Positions 1 to 10,724 are shown, counted from the first letter of the stretch. The stretch: 64,000 bases of DNA from an uncultured Candidatus Rokubacteria bacterium (GCA_963758635.1 CAVWWD010000005.1:738193-802192); one strand, 5' to 3'. A program made the numbers and translations. Notes: generated from the sequence alone by a model not told the origin.

Positions 1-302
1 ATCACCCGGCGGAAGTAGAGGCGGATGGCCTCCTTGAGCTGGGCGCGCGCGCCCGCGCCGGACTGGGCGTCCTCGAGCTGGTCGATGTCGATGGCCAGCG
101 GCACGCCCTCGCGCTTCACCCCGTCGAGCTCGGCGGTGAGCCCGCACCGCTCGTCGGACTCGGTGAAGACCAGCTTGGCCCGCGTGAAGCTCCGGTCGTC
201 CTGCGCGATCTGCTCGACCGTCTCCGTGATCAGGCGCTTGATGGCCTCCTGCTCGGGCGGCGGCACGGTGGAGAAGGCGGCGGTCAGGTGGATCTCGGCC
301 AT
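1..302 (-). CDS. hypothetical protein, runs off the window edge
   Basis: Manual translation MAEIHLTAAFSTVPPPEQEAIKRLITETVEQIAQDD...; GGAGGG upstream; strongly GC3-biased codons; follows ggt on the same strand. Confidence 0.65.
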   Translation of the reverse strand, partial: MAEIHLTAAFSTVPPPEQEAIKRLITETVEQIAQDDRSFTRAKLVFTESDERCGLTAELDGVKREGVPLAIDIDQLEDAQSGAGARAQLKEAIRLYFRRV

Positions 303-323
303 GGGTCAGGTCCCTCCGGTACC

Positions 324-2060
324 CTAGACGCCGGCCGCGGCGGCCGCGCTCATGGCATCCAGGCCCGCCTCGAGGCCCTGGCGCCCGATGCGGATCGCGA
401 TCGGCCGCGCGAAGTAGAACGTCCCGAGCGCGACGCGCCGGGGCACCACGGCGTGCTTCATCTTGCGGAGCGCGGCCAGCGACGCCTCGCCCACGCGGTC
501 GTCCACGTAGAGCTCGCCGCCCTCCGTGTGCACGCGCGGCGCCTCGATGGCCGCCTGCGGCGAGCCCTTGCCGTCGATCATGTTGGCCGCGACCTGCGGG
601 ATGGCCGACACGATCTTCCGGCCGCCCGGCGCGCCCAGGGCGAACAGCGGCTCGCCGCGCCGGAACGCGAGCACCGGCACCATGTTCACCAGCGGGCGCT
701 TGCCCGGCGCGACGGAGTTCGGGTGGCCGGGCTCGGGGTCGAACCAGATCATGCCGTTCTGGAGCAGGATGCCGGTACCCGGCGCGACCATGCGCGAGCC
801 GAAGAGCGACACCGCGGTGTTGGTGAACGACACCATGTTGCGCTGGCGGTCGATCGCGCAGATGTGGGTGGTGCAATCCGCGGTGTCGCCGCGTCGCCCG
901 GCGCCGCGCGGCGCGCGCCCGCGGGCCGCGGACCCGGACGCGGCCTCGAAGGCCCAGGGGTCGGGCGGCGCGGCCGCGCTTCGCGGCCCCGCCGGCTTCA
1001 TGACGCGGGCCAGGGCGGCGGCGTAGCCGGAGGACGTGAGCCCGTTCCACGGCGCGCTCACGCGGAGGGCGTCGCCCAGGAAGCGGAACCGATCCTCGAA
1101 CGCGCGCCGCACCGCCTCCGCGCGCAGGTGAAGGCCCGACGCGGTGGCGTACCCGACGCGCGCGCCCGGGAACTCTCCGAGGAGGTTCAGGATCTCGAGC
1201 GCGGTCGCGCCGCCGGTGGCGCCGGGCAGGAACGCGAGGTCGACCCCGCGGTACGAGCCCCGGAGCGGCGAGAGCACGCGCGGCGCGTAGCCGGCGAGGT
1301 CGTCCCGGGTCAGGAAGCCGCCCGTCCGCCGCATCTCCTCCTCGATGGCCTGGGCGATCGCGCCGCGGTAGAACGCCGCCGGCCCGTCCTTGGCGATGAG
1401 CCGGAGGCTCTGGCCGAGGTCGGGCTGGCGGAGGACGTCGCCGTCGATCGCGGTGTCGGCCATGCCCGGCGGCCGGAGCACGTAGTGACCGTCCCGGAGG
1501 TACGTCCGCGCCGTCTCCGGGAACTGCGCGATCTCCCGGCAGTACACGGAGGTGGTGAAGCTCACGTACCAGTCCACCGGGAAGCCGTCCTCGGCGAGCG
1601 CGATGGCCGGGGCGAGGACGTCGGCGAGGTCCATCGTCCCGTACCGCTCGAGCGCGAGACACAGGCCGGCCACCGACCCCGGCACGGCCACCGAGCGCGG
1701 CCCGAACATGTTGGCGTCGTCCACGACCCGGTGCCACGTGAAGAGCCCCTGCCCCATGCCCTCGGTGAGCGGATAGCACCCCTCGTGACAGGCCGCCGGC
1801 GCCTCCACGTTGGCGTCGATGGCCACCGTCTCGCCGCGCCGCTCCATGTGGACGAGGAAGCTCCCGCCGCCGGCCAGCGAGGACATGAAGGGCTCGACCA
1901 CGGGCATGGCGAACGCGGTGGCCACTGCGGCGTCCACGGCGTTGCCGCCGCGCGCGAGGATGCCCGCGCCCACCTCGGCGCCGAGCGGATGCTCGGCCAC
2001 CACCATCCCGCGGGCCGCGCGGGGCGTGTGCTTCGTCACCGCCATCGTGGATCGGATCAT
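324..2060 (-). CDS. ggt: gamma-glutamyltransferase family protein
   Basis: GGNAVDAAVA, SVAVPG, autoprocessing Thr in CTTHICAID, LLQNGMIWF, PGKRP and GAPGG motifs. Confidence 0.92.
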   Translation of the reverse strand: MIRSTMAVTKHTPRAARGMVVAEHPLGAEVGAGILARGGNAVDAAVATAFAMPVVEPFMSSLAGGGSFLVHMERRGETVAIDANVEAPAACHEGCYPLTEGMGQGLFTWHRVVDDANMFGPRSVAVPGSVAGLCLALERYGTMDLADVLAPAIALAEDGFPVDWYVSFTTSVYCREIAQFPETARTYLRDGHYVLRPPGMADTAIDGDVLRQPDLGQSLRLIAKDGPAAFYRGAIAQAIEEEMRRTGGFLTRDDLAGYAPRVLSPLRGSYRGVDLAFLPGATGGATALEILNLLGEFPGARVGYATASGLHLRAEAVRRAFEDRFRFLGDALRVSAPWNGLTSSGYAAALARVMKPAGPRSAAAPPDPWAFEAASGSAARGRAPRGAGRRGDTADCTTHICAIDRQRNMVSFTNTAVSLFGSRMVAPGTGILLQNGMIWFDPEPGHPNSVAPGKRPLVNMVPVLAFRRGEPLFALGAPGGRKIVSAIPQVAANMIDGKGSPQAAIEAPRVHTEGGELYVDDRVGEASLAALRKMKHAVVPRRVALGTFYFARPIAIRIGRQGLEAGLDAMSAAAAAGV

Positions 2061-2119
2061 GCCAGCTCCTCGGCGCGGAGCCGGCCCCGCGCGGGATCGA
2101 GAGGTGGAGCCGAGACGGG

Positions 2120-2623
2120 ATTAATCGACCGGCACGTACGGGTTCCGCTTGCGGGTGACCTCGACCACGGCCTTGTCGTCGAAGTAGAGCACCCAGCCCG
2201 GCGGGTAGCACCCAGGCCTCCTTGGCCCGGCGCTGGATCGTGGGCCAGTGCTGCTGGGCCATCGCGCCCATGAGCGCGGGATCCGTGCTCTGCTCGTCAG
2301 GCTCCTCGAGGAGGGCCCGCACCTCGCCGCGGGTGCTGCCCACCACCACCTGGCGCCAGAAGCGGAAGTCGCTGTAGCGCGTGGCCTGCTCGACCTCCGG
2401 ATGCTCGCGCAGGTAGCGGGTCACGCGCTCGTCGAGCGCGTCTTCCCACTTGCGCCGCTCGTCGAAGCTCGGGTCGCGCCCGTTGACCATGTACGTCCGG
2501 TAGTAGAAGAGCTCCTGGGCGCGCGGCCCTTGCCCCACGCGCTCCACCACCTCGCTGGTGAGCAGGCATCCCGTGGCGAGGACGGCGGCGACCAGTGGCC
2601 CTCGCAGAATACGGTAACGCCAC
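2120..2623 (-). CDS. putative lipoprotein, frameshifted in this sequence
   Basis: An alternative frame reads RYRILRGPLVAAVLATGC (lipobox) LLTSEVVERVGQGPRAQELFYYRTYMV...KEAWV/PPGWVLYFDDKAVVEVTRKRNPYVPVD*; this needs about two indel corrections. Confidence 0.5.
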
Positions 2624-2708
2624 GGGCCCCTATAGTCCCACCGCTCGGCATTAGTCTGATGCGCGAGGCTCACCAGCCAGCCCGCGCGCGCCCAGGACCG
2701 CCGTGGCA

Positions 2709-5331
2709 TCAGATGAGGGCCGACTCGAGCACGATGCCCCGATCCACGACGCGCGCCGCCCGCCCGAGCATGGCGGCCAGGGTGGGATCGACCTCGGGGG
2801 CCTCGCCGAGCTGCCGCAGCACGTCGATGAGCCGGCGCATGGCGCGGATCAGGTCTCCCTCGTGTCCTCCGAACGATTCCTCGACGATGCTCGCCCAGTC
2901 GTTCTCGCCCGACGCCCACCGGAACACCGCGGCCATGAACCCGGTGGACACGCCCACCGGCATCGGCAGGTGCCGGAGGCGCTGGGCCTCGAACACGCTC
3001 CGCGCCACCGCTTCGAGGTCGCCCAGCTTGCGCCGGAGCTTCGGCCGCTTGCGCAGGAAGAGCCGCGCCACCGCGCTGTCCCCGGAGCGCGACTCCTCGA
3101 CCAGGCAGGAGCACAGCGCGGCGGCCTCCGCCAGAGTCGTGTCGCCGAGCACGCCGCGCTCCACCATCTCGGCCACGAGGAGCTCGTTGTCGTGCCGGAG
3201 CCCTGCGATGAGCTGACCCTTGGCGAGGAGTTTACCATCCTGCACCGCGCCGAATTCTCCGAGCACGTCCACCACTCGGCAGAACTCGTTCCAGTAGGCG
3301 TTGCGCACGGTGTCGAGCGCTTCCTTCTGCTGGCCGATCCGGCCCTCGATCCGCTCGAGGCGCCGCCACGCCTGGTCGCACGCCGGCTGGGAGCTCCACG
3401 GGCAGCGGTGGCACTCGATCTCGCCGAGGGAGGCCTCGGGCCCCTGGCGCCGCTCGCGCTCCACCAGCTCGGGGATGGACAGAGCCTCGAGGTGCGTCCG
3501 GAGGCTCGGGGTGCGGCGCTCCCAGTCGCGCGGGATCGGCACGGGGGGCGTGGCCCAGAACACGCGCTTGACGTGCCCGGCCTTGAGCTGGACCACGTCG
3601 CCGTGCGGCAGCAGCACGCTGGCGATGAGCCGGTGGCGGCGCTGGTCCACGCGGCACAGGAGCCCGAGGGCCTGGCCGTCGCGCCGGCGCACGAGCACGA
3701 ACCGCCCGGGCTCGGCCTCGGCCACCGCGCGCGGCCCGTGACGGCCACCCGGGCCGCGGGCCGCCCGCGCCGCCTCCACCTCGCGCCGGATCGCGCGGTA
3801 GCGGCCGATGCGGGAGAAGTCGCCGCAGGGCGCGGCGAACGCGTGGGCCACGCCGTCCGCCTCGAGCGAGGCCACCTCCGCCTCGAGCGACCGGATCCGC
3901 TTCATGTTCTGGTACTGCCCGAAGGACGACTCCACGATGCGGCGGATCGTGGCCAGGTCGCTGCCGCTGCCGAGGAGCAGCGCCACCGAGCCGTAGCCGA
4001 GCTTGAACTGCGAGAGCACGGGCTCCGGCTCGCCGTCCACCACCCGGCGCACCTCGTCCACGCCATCGCGCACGTCCAGCGCGATCACGCACTGCCCCTC
4101 GGGGTCGATGCCGCGCCGCCCCGCCCGCCCCGCCATCTGGGTCAGCTCGTTGTGGGTGAGGCTGCGGAACCCGCGGTCGGTGCGCTTGGTGAGCGACTGG
4201 AGGACCACGCTCTTGGCCGGCATGTGGATGCCGAGCGACATCGTCTCGGTGGCGAACACCACGCGGCAGAGGCCGCGCTCGAACAGCGTCTCGACCAGGC
4301 GCTTGACGCTCGGCAGGATCCCCGCGTGGTGGAGCCCCACGCCCATGCCGAGGGCCTGGAACACGGTCTGGTTGAGCGGCGACTCGGCGATGGCCGGCGT
4401 CTCCGTGATGGCCTCGCGGATGGCCGCGTCCAGCTCCTGGCGCTGCGCGCGCGTGAGCAGCGGCTTCCCCTCGGCGAGCACCGTCTCCATGGCCCGCTCG
4501 CAGCCCGCCCGGCTGAAGATGAAGTAGATGCCGGGCAGCCAGCCGCGGGCCTCGAGCTCGTCGATCATCACGGTGGGATCGACGACCCGGCGCGTGTACC
4601 AGCGGCCCTTGTCGTCGTAGGCGCCGCCCGCCCTCCTCGCCGAGCAGGCGCACGCGCCCCGCGCGCACCGCCGCGTACGCGTGGAGCTCGCCGGACAGGT
4701 CGGCGACCAGGTACTGGAGCGGCACCGGCCGGTGGGGATGGGTGATGGCCACGATGGGCCGGTGCACGAGGGAGATCCAGTCCGCGATCTCCCCGATGTT
4801 GGCCACGGTGGCGGACAGCGCGACCAGGGCGGCGTCCTTGGGCGCGTTGACGATGATCTCCTCCCACACCGTCCCGCGCCCCTCGTCGCCCATGTAGTGA
4901 CACTCGTCCAGCACCACCGTCTCCAGGCCCGCGAGCCCGCCCGTGTAGAACATGTTCCGGAGGATCTCGGTGGTCATCACCACGATGGAGGCGCCGGCGT
5001 TGACCTTCACGTCGCCGGTGAGGATGCCCACGTTGGCCGGGCCGAACTGGCGGCAGAAGTCGGCGTACTTCTGGTTGGAGAGCGCCTTCAGCGGCGTGGT
5101 GTAGGCGAGCCGGCCGCCCCGGGCGAGCGCGCGGTGGATGGCGAACTCCGCGACCAGGGTCTTGCCCGCCCCGGTCGGCGCGGAGACGATCACCGAGCGC
5201 CCGTCGATGATGGCCTGGATGGCCTCCCGCTGGAACTCGTCCAGCGAGAACGGGTAGCGTCTGGTGAAGGACTCGAGCAGTCCGTCGGCGGCGATCGTTC
5301 GGCCTCCCTCTGCGAATACGCGCGGTGTCAT
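2709..5331 (-). CDS. Ski2/HelY-like DEAD/DEAH-box RNA helicase with DSHCT-like C-terminus (one frameshift near 4630)
   Basis: APTGAGKT, PLKALSNQK, DECH and LSAT in ORF 3232..5331; FSRAGC, HHAG, ATET and QMAGRAGRRG in ORF 2709..4571. Confidence 0.9.
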
Positions 5332-5422
5332 CGCATCTTACTACGCGCATCCGCTTGCGTGGGCGCCCGGAGCCGGTCTAGGCTCACCGCTGCGGTCAGC
5401 GTGCGGGACGGTAGGAGGCGGC

Positions 5423-6178
5423 ATGAAGCTCACCGGGAAGGTCTGTCTCATCACCAACGTCAGCCAGTTCATGGGGCCGGCGCTCACGGAGGAGTTCGGG
5501 CGGGAGGGCGCGACGCTCGCGCTGCACGACCGCGAGGCCCAGACGCTGGCGCCGCTGGTGGCGGTGGCCGAGCGGCTCGGGCGGACCGCGCTTGGGCTCA
5601 CCGCCGACCTCACGCGCTCGAGCGAGGCGGACCGGATGGTGGGCGAGGTGGTGCAGCGGTTCGGCCGGCTCGACGTGCTCGTCAACAACAACGCCTTCCC
5701 TCCCTCGGGCGCGGCCACCGAGACGATCACCGACGACGCGTGGCGCCAGATGATGGCGCGCCTCCTCGACGAGCCGTTCTTCTGCCTGCGCGCGGCCCTC
5801 CGCGTGATGCGGCCGGCCGGGCGCGGCAAGATCGTGAACATCTCGTCGGCGGCCGGCATCCCCGGCCTCGCGCGCTACGCCGCCTACTCGGCGGCGCGCG
5901 CCGGGGTCAACGGGCTCACCCGGGCGGTGGGCCGCGAGGTGGCGAAGGACGGGGTGCAGGTGAACGCCATCGCCCAGAACTACGTCGAGAACCCGACCTA
6001 CTTCCCGCCGGACCTCGTCGCCGACCCCACGGCCCTCGCGCGCATGGTGAAGAACGTGCCCGCGGGCCGGCTCGCCCGCGGCGAGGAGTCCGCCCGGCTC
6101 GCCGTGTACCTCGCCTCCGAGGACGCGGACTTCTTCGTGGGCCAGGTCGTGCCATTCGCGGGTGGCTGGGTGACTTGA
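5423..6178 (+). CDS. halohydrin dehalogenase (HheD-like, SDR fold)
   Basis: T-X4-F-X-G (TNVSQFMG) replaces the SDR TGxxxGxG; S-X12-Y-X3-R triad (S-AAGIPGLARYAA-Y-SAA-R); AQNYVENPTYFP loop; AGGAGG RBS. Confidence 0.85.
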   Translation: MKLTGKVCLITNVSQFMGPALTEEFGREGATLALHDREAQTLAPLVAVAERLGRTALGLTADLTRSSEADRMVGEVVQRFGRLDVLVNNNAFPPSGAATETITDDAWRQMMARLLDEPFFCLRAALRVMRPAGRGKIVNISSAAGIPGLARYAAYSAARAGVNGLTRAVGREVAKDGVQVNAIAQNYVENPTYFPPDLVADPTALARMVKNVPAGRLARGEESARLAVYLASEDADFFVGQVVPFAGGWVT

Positions 6179-6180
6179 GG

Positions 6181-6320
6181 TTTGCGAGCCGAGCCGCAGG
6201 CGAGGCGAGCGTATATGGAAATGCAGTGGCCGAGCCGAGCCGCAGGCGAGGCGAGCGTATATGGAAATGCAGTGGAAACAACCGCCGACCGTACATGGAA
6301 ATGCAGTGGAAACAACCGCC
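6181..6320 (+). repeat. tandem copies of a hairpin plus GGAAATGCAGTGGAAACAACC repeat (REP-like)
   Basis: Exact 45-bp duplication at 6185-6229 and 6231-6275; near-exact 31-bp duplication at 6256-6286 and 6290-6320; related copy at 23615-23740. Confidence 0.85.
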
Positions 6321-6342
6321 CACCGAGAGTCTACCCGCGCCG

Positions 6343-6371
6343 TTGAGAACGGCCGCGATCGCGTTTACAGT
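6343..6371 (+). promoter_or_regulatory. sigma70-type promoter, probably leaderless
   Basis: TTGAGA-N17-TACAGT, with ATG (6378) 6 nt downstream and no SD. Confidence 0.55.
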
Positions 6372-6377
6372 GCGGGC

Positions 6378-6769
6378 ATGCGCCGCCGCGATCCGTCCCC
6401 ACCGCTCGCTGCCCGCGCTCGCCGTCTTCCTCCTCGCCGGGGCCGGCGCCGCCTCGGCCGACGACGAGCGCCACGCCATGGGCCAGGTGCGGCTTCACCA
6501 CCGAGCCCGCGCACGCCCAGGGCTGCACCCGGATCGGCAGCATGCGGGACGACTCCGTCAAGGACCTCCGGCGCAAGATCGTCCGCGCCGGGGGCAACGC
6601 CGCCGTCATCTCGTTCCGTGCGGAGGACGTCTCGGCCATCTACGCGGACGTGTATCGCTGCGGAGGCGCCCCCGCGGCCGGCGGCCCGCCGCCCGTCCCG
6701 CGAGCGCCGTCGTCGCCTGGCGCGCCTCCACCCCCGCCACCGCCCCCGCCTCCGCCCGCCATCCGGTAG
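6378..6769 (+). CDS. small secreted protein with two Cys and a Pro-rich tail (frameshifted)
   Basis: Signal-like LPALAVFLLAGAGAASA, then GCTRIGSMRDDSVKDLRRKIVRAGGNAAVISF...YRC and a poly-Pro tail. Confidence 0.55.
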
Positions 6770-6784
6770 CGCGACGGCCCGACC

Positions 6785-7321
6785 ATGATCTTCTGCCACG
6801 TCGGCGTCAGCACGGTGGACGACTACCTCACCCTGCGCGAGCCGCACCGCCGGGCGCACCTCGACCGGCTGCTCGCCCTCCGGAGCGCCGGCGCCGTCAT
6901 CGGTGGCGGGCCGGCGCCGGACGGCAAGACCGCCGACGTGTTCTACCGCGGCGACACCGAGCGCGACGTGACGCGCATGGTCGAGGACGATCCCTACTTC
7001 GTGGGCAAGGTGTGGAGCGAGTACCGGCTCACCGCGTTCAGCCACTTCCTGGAGCCCTGGCAGGTCCCGCCGCTGGTCACCGACGGTTCCCGCGCCGTGA
7101 CCATCGTCGAGGGCCGCGCGCCCGACGTGGACATGGCCTCGTTCGCGCTCATCGAGGCGCGCGGGGCCGGGCACATGGCCTTCGGCGGGTTCTTCGCGGG
7201 CGGCCGGACGCTCGCCGTGATGTCCACGGCCGACGCCGCCCTGGCGACGGCATGGCTGGCCGACACGGGGCTCTGGGACGCGGAGACGCTGACCGCGCGG
7301 CCGCTCCTGCACGTGCTGTAG
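6785..7321 (+). CDS. YciI-like protein, apparently two YciI-type domains
   Basis: RRAHLDRL, GGGP and DDPY motifs; second half repeats the fold pattern (AFGGFF...DTGLW). Confidence 0.65.
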   Translation: MIFCHVGVSTVDDYLTLREPHRRAHLDRLLALRSAGAVIGGGPAPDGKTADVFYRGDTERDVTRMVEDDPYFVGKVWSEYRLTAFSHFLEPWQVPPLVTDGSRAVTIVEGRAPDVDMASFALIEARGAGHMAFGGFFAGGRTLAVMSTADAALATAWLADTGLWDAETLTARPLLHVL

Positions 7322-7351
7322 CCCTCGAGCCGCCCGACGAGCCCCCACTCC

Positions 7352-7381
7352 TTGCCCCCCGTCCGCGGGGTGCGGTACGAT
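7352..7381 (+). promoter_or_regulatory. putative sigma70 promoter of the sugar-type ABC operon
   Basis: TTGCCC-N18-TACGAT upstream of the SBP gene. Confidence 0.4.
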
Positions 7382-7493
7382 GGCGCGCAATCCGGGCGCC
7401 CAACCCGGCGCCACGCGGCGGGATCCTCACTCTGGCACCGTCGTCGTCCCGACGACGGCGCGCCTGCCGCTCGGATCTCCAAGGGAGGAGAAC

Positions 7494-8856
7494 ATGGACC
7501 AACGGCTTCGGCAGCTCGCTGAGCAGCTCGACGGGGGCGTCATCGCCCGCCGGGAATTCCTTCGCAAGGCCGCTGTCGTCACGGGCAGCACGGCGGCCGG
7601 GCTCGGCGTGCTCCGGCGCATGGCCCACGCCCAGGGCGGCCCCAAGCTCCGGGTGTGGCTCTTCAAGAGCTTCGTGACCAAGAGCAACGACATCCTCGCC
7701 CGCCAGGTCGAGGAGTGGGCGAAGGAGCGCAAGGTCCAGGTCGAGACGGACTGGGCGACCTTCGGCGACCGCGAGCAGAAGTTCGTCGCCGCCATCGAGG
7801 CCGGCAACCCGCCGGACATCGCCGAGATGAACTACCAGGGCCCGGCTCGCTACAAGCCCGCCCTGCGCGACGTGTCCGCGCTCGTGAAGGACCTCGCGGG
7901 CACGCGCGGCGGCCTCCTGCCGTACGCCGAGCGCGTGACCAACATCGGCGGCCAGTACTTCGGCGTGGCGCGCCTCGCCTTCCCCGGCGGGTTCTTCGTG
8001 CGCAAGGACCTCCTCGACGCCAAGGGCGTGAAGATGCCCAAGACGTACGACCCCGACGTGCTCGAGATGGCGAAGAAGTGCCAGGACCCGTCCAAGGAGA
8101 TCTGGGGGCTCGGCCAGACGCTGAACCGCTGCGACGACGGCAACGGGTTCATGCAGAACATCCTCTGGAACTACGGCGGCGGCGTGTGGGACAAGGACGG
8201 CAAGCCCGCGCTCGGCACGAGCTTCCTCAAGCAGAACGTCGAGGCCCTGCAGTTCGCGGTGGACACCATCCAGAAGCACAAGATCCAGCCGCCCGGCGTC
8301 ATGGGCTGGAACGACGTGTCCAACAACGAGGCGTACCTCGCCGGCAAGCTCGTGTCCACCAACAACGGGGCGAGCCTCTACTACGCGCTGGTCGACAAGA
8401 AGCACGCGCTCGCCGACAAGACCCAGGTCCTCCTCACCCCGGGCGGGCCCGCGGGCTCCTTCGTCGGCGCCGGCTGCTACAACTGGGGCATCTTCAAGGC
8501 GTCGAAGCACGCCGACCTCTGCGAGGACCTCATCCGCTGGGTCGAGGACGAGAAGCGCTTCGAGGAGTTCAAGAAGGCGTCGATCGGCCAGGCCGGCCCC
8601 GTCTACAAGGCGCGCGCCGACAGCCCGTACTGGAAGACCGACCCGAACTTCCAGGGCATGCTCCAGAACCTGCTGCGCGGCGTCTGGATCGGCTATCCCG
8701 GCCCGTACACGCCGGCGGCGGTGGAGGTGCAGGCGCAGTACATCCTCTGCGACATGGCCGGCCGCGTGGTGGTGGGCGGGCTCTCGCCCGAGGCCGCGCA
8801 TCAAGGAAGCGCACAAGCGGGTGGAGGACATCCACAAGATCCGGAGCCGGGGGTAG
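7494..8856 (+). CDS. ABC transporter extracellular solute-binding protein (carbohydrate family) with Tat signal; frameshift near 8800
   Basis: ARREFLRK twin-arginine signal, AIEAGNPPDI; GGAGGAG RBS; lies upstream of two permeases. Confidence 0.88.
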
Positions 8857-8867
8857 GCGAGGCCGCC

Positions 8868-9823
8868 ATGGCCGCCGTTCCCGCCGCACGCAGTCGAGCC
8901 CGGGACCGGGCTCGTCCACGCGCCGGCCCCGCGGAGGGCTCGCCCAGTACCTCGGGCCCGACTATCGGCTCGGCTACCTGTTCGTTGCCCCTATCGCGCT
9001 CGCCGTCCTCGCGCTGGTGGGCTATCCGTTCCTGTACGCCGTCTACCTCTCCATGACCCACAAGCTCGTCGGCATGCCGCCGGTCTTCGTGGGCATGGAG
9101 AACTACGTCCGGCTCTACGAGGACGGCTTCTTCCGGCGCGCCGTCTACAACAGCTTCCTGTTCACGTTCTCGTCGGTGGGGTTCAAGCTCGCGTTCGGGA
9201 TGCTGATGGCGCTGGTCCTCACCTCGCGCGTGCGCTTCCGTAGCTTCTGGACGGGCGTGCTCCTGATCCCGTGGGTCGCGCCTACCGTGGTCTCCGCGCT
9301 GAACTTCCTCTGGATCTTCGACGGCAGCCTCGGCGTGCTCAACTACATGCTCGTCCGCGTCTTCCACATCCTGCCCCAGGGCGTGGGCTGGCTCTCCGAG
9401 CCGAACACCGCGATGGCCTCGGTGATCGCGGTCAACGTGTGGCGGGGATTCCCCTTCTTCGGCATCAGCTTCCTCGCCGGCATGAAGGCCATCCCGGCCG
9501 AGCTCTACGAGGCGGCGGCGGTGGACGGGGCGAGCCCGCTGCGACGCTTCCTGCACATCACGCTGCCGAGCCTCAAGAACATCATGATCATCGTGATGCT
9601 GCTGTCGACGATCTGGACCTTCAACGACTTCGGCATCGTCTACGTGCTGACCAAGGGCGGGCCCGGTGGCGCCACCATGGTCATGCCCGTCCTCACCTAC
9701 GAGACCGCCTTCGGCGCCCAGCGCCTCGGTGAGGCGATCGCCGTGGCCCTCTACCTCCTGCCCGGACTCGCGCTCACCATCGTCGTCCTCGCCCGCTACA
9801 TGGGCAAGGGACGGAAGCGGTGA
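8868..9823 (+). CDS. carbohydrate ABC transporter permease (MalF/UgpA-like; 5' frameshift)
   Basis: FVGMENY, EAA loop ELYEAAAVDGAS, HITLPSLK. Confidence 0.9.
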
Positions 9824-10674
9824 CCTCGGCGCGGGCGGGCGCCCGCCGGGCGAGCATCGTCGAGGGCGGGATCTCCTACGCCGTCCTCGGGATCCTCGCC
9901 GTCATCGTGCTGTTCCCCTTCTACTGGATGATCGTCACCTCGCTGAAGAGCGAGGACCAGATGCGGAGCCTCGTGTCGATGTTCTGGCCGAGCCCCGTGA
10001 TCTTCGACAACTACCGCCAGCTCATCAGCAAGACGGAGTTCGTGTCCTGGTACGGCAACAGCCTGATCGTCTCCATCGCGAGCACGTTCGTGGCCACCGC
10101 CATCGGCACGATCGGCGCGTACGCCCTCGCCCGGCTCAAGTTCCTCGGCCGGGGGTTCATGGCGAGCGCCACCCTCATCACCTACCTGGTGCCGCCGTCC
10201 ATCCTGTTCATCCCGCTCTACGCGCAGATCAAGAACATCGGCCTCTCGAACAGCCTCTGGGGGCTCGTCGCGACGTATCCGAGCTTCACCGTGCCCTTCG
10301 TCACGTGGCTCCTCATGGGCTACTTCGAGTCCATCCCCGAGGAGCTCGAGGAGTCGGCGATGATCGACGGCGCCACCCGCTTTGGCGCCTTCTACCGGAT
10401 CGTGTTGCCGCTGGCCGCGCCCGGGGTGCTCGCCGCGTCGCTCTACGCCTTCACCCAGGCGTGGAACGAGTTCCTCTACTCGCTGGTGTTCATCACCGAC
10501 GGGCGCCTGCGCACGCTGCCCGTCGGCCTCGCCAGCTTCATCACGGGCGACGTGTACGGCTGGGGCTACCTCATGGCGGGCGCCGTGCTCACCACGGTCC
10601 CCGTCATCGCCGCCTACATGTACCTCCAGAAGTACATGGTGGAGGGGCTCACCGCCGGCAGCGTCAAGGGCTAG
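9820..10674 (+). CDS. carbohydrate ABC transporter permease (MalG/UgpE-like)
   Basis: IPEELEESAMIDGA, AWNEFLY, GLTAGSVKG. Confidence 0.93.
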   Translation: MTSARAGARRASIVEGGISYAVLGILAVIVLFPFYWMIVTSLKSEDQMRSLVSMFWPSPVIFDNYRQLISKTEFVSWYGNSLIVSIASTFVATAIGTIGAYALARLKFLGRGFMASATLITYLVPPSILFIPLYAQIKNIGLSNSLWGLVATYPSFTVPFVTWLLMGYFESIPEELEESAMIDGATRFGAFYRIVLPLAAPGVLAASLYAFTQAWNEFLYSLVFITDGRLRTLPVGLASFITGDVYGWGYLMAGAVLTTVPVIAAYMYLQKYMVEGLTAGSVKG

Positions 10675-10724
10675 GCAGGCGCCTCGCCTGCGTCCCGGAC
10701 GACACGCGGGGGGGTGAGCGCGGG

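Noticed and set aside
288..2273. Long antisense and alternative-frame ORFs here and throughout (e.g. 2703..4745, 4681..7677, 36038..38503)
   Set aside because: These are shadow ORFs expected in very GC-rich DNA: Arg/Ala/Gly/Pro-rich, without motifs, and overlapping well-supported genes.
2709..5331. Anti-phage defence helicase system
   Set aside because: It looks like an ordinary HelY/Ski2-type helicase with metabolic neighbours and no nuclease or other defence partner.
6185..6320. CRISPR array (GGAAA...GAAAC-containing direct repeats)
   Set aside because: The intervening sequences are identical or very short rather than unique spacers, the period is irregular (46 and 34), and no cas genes are present.
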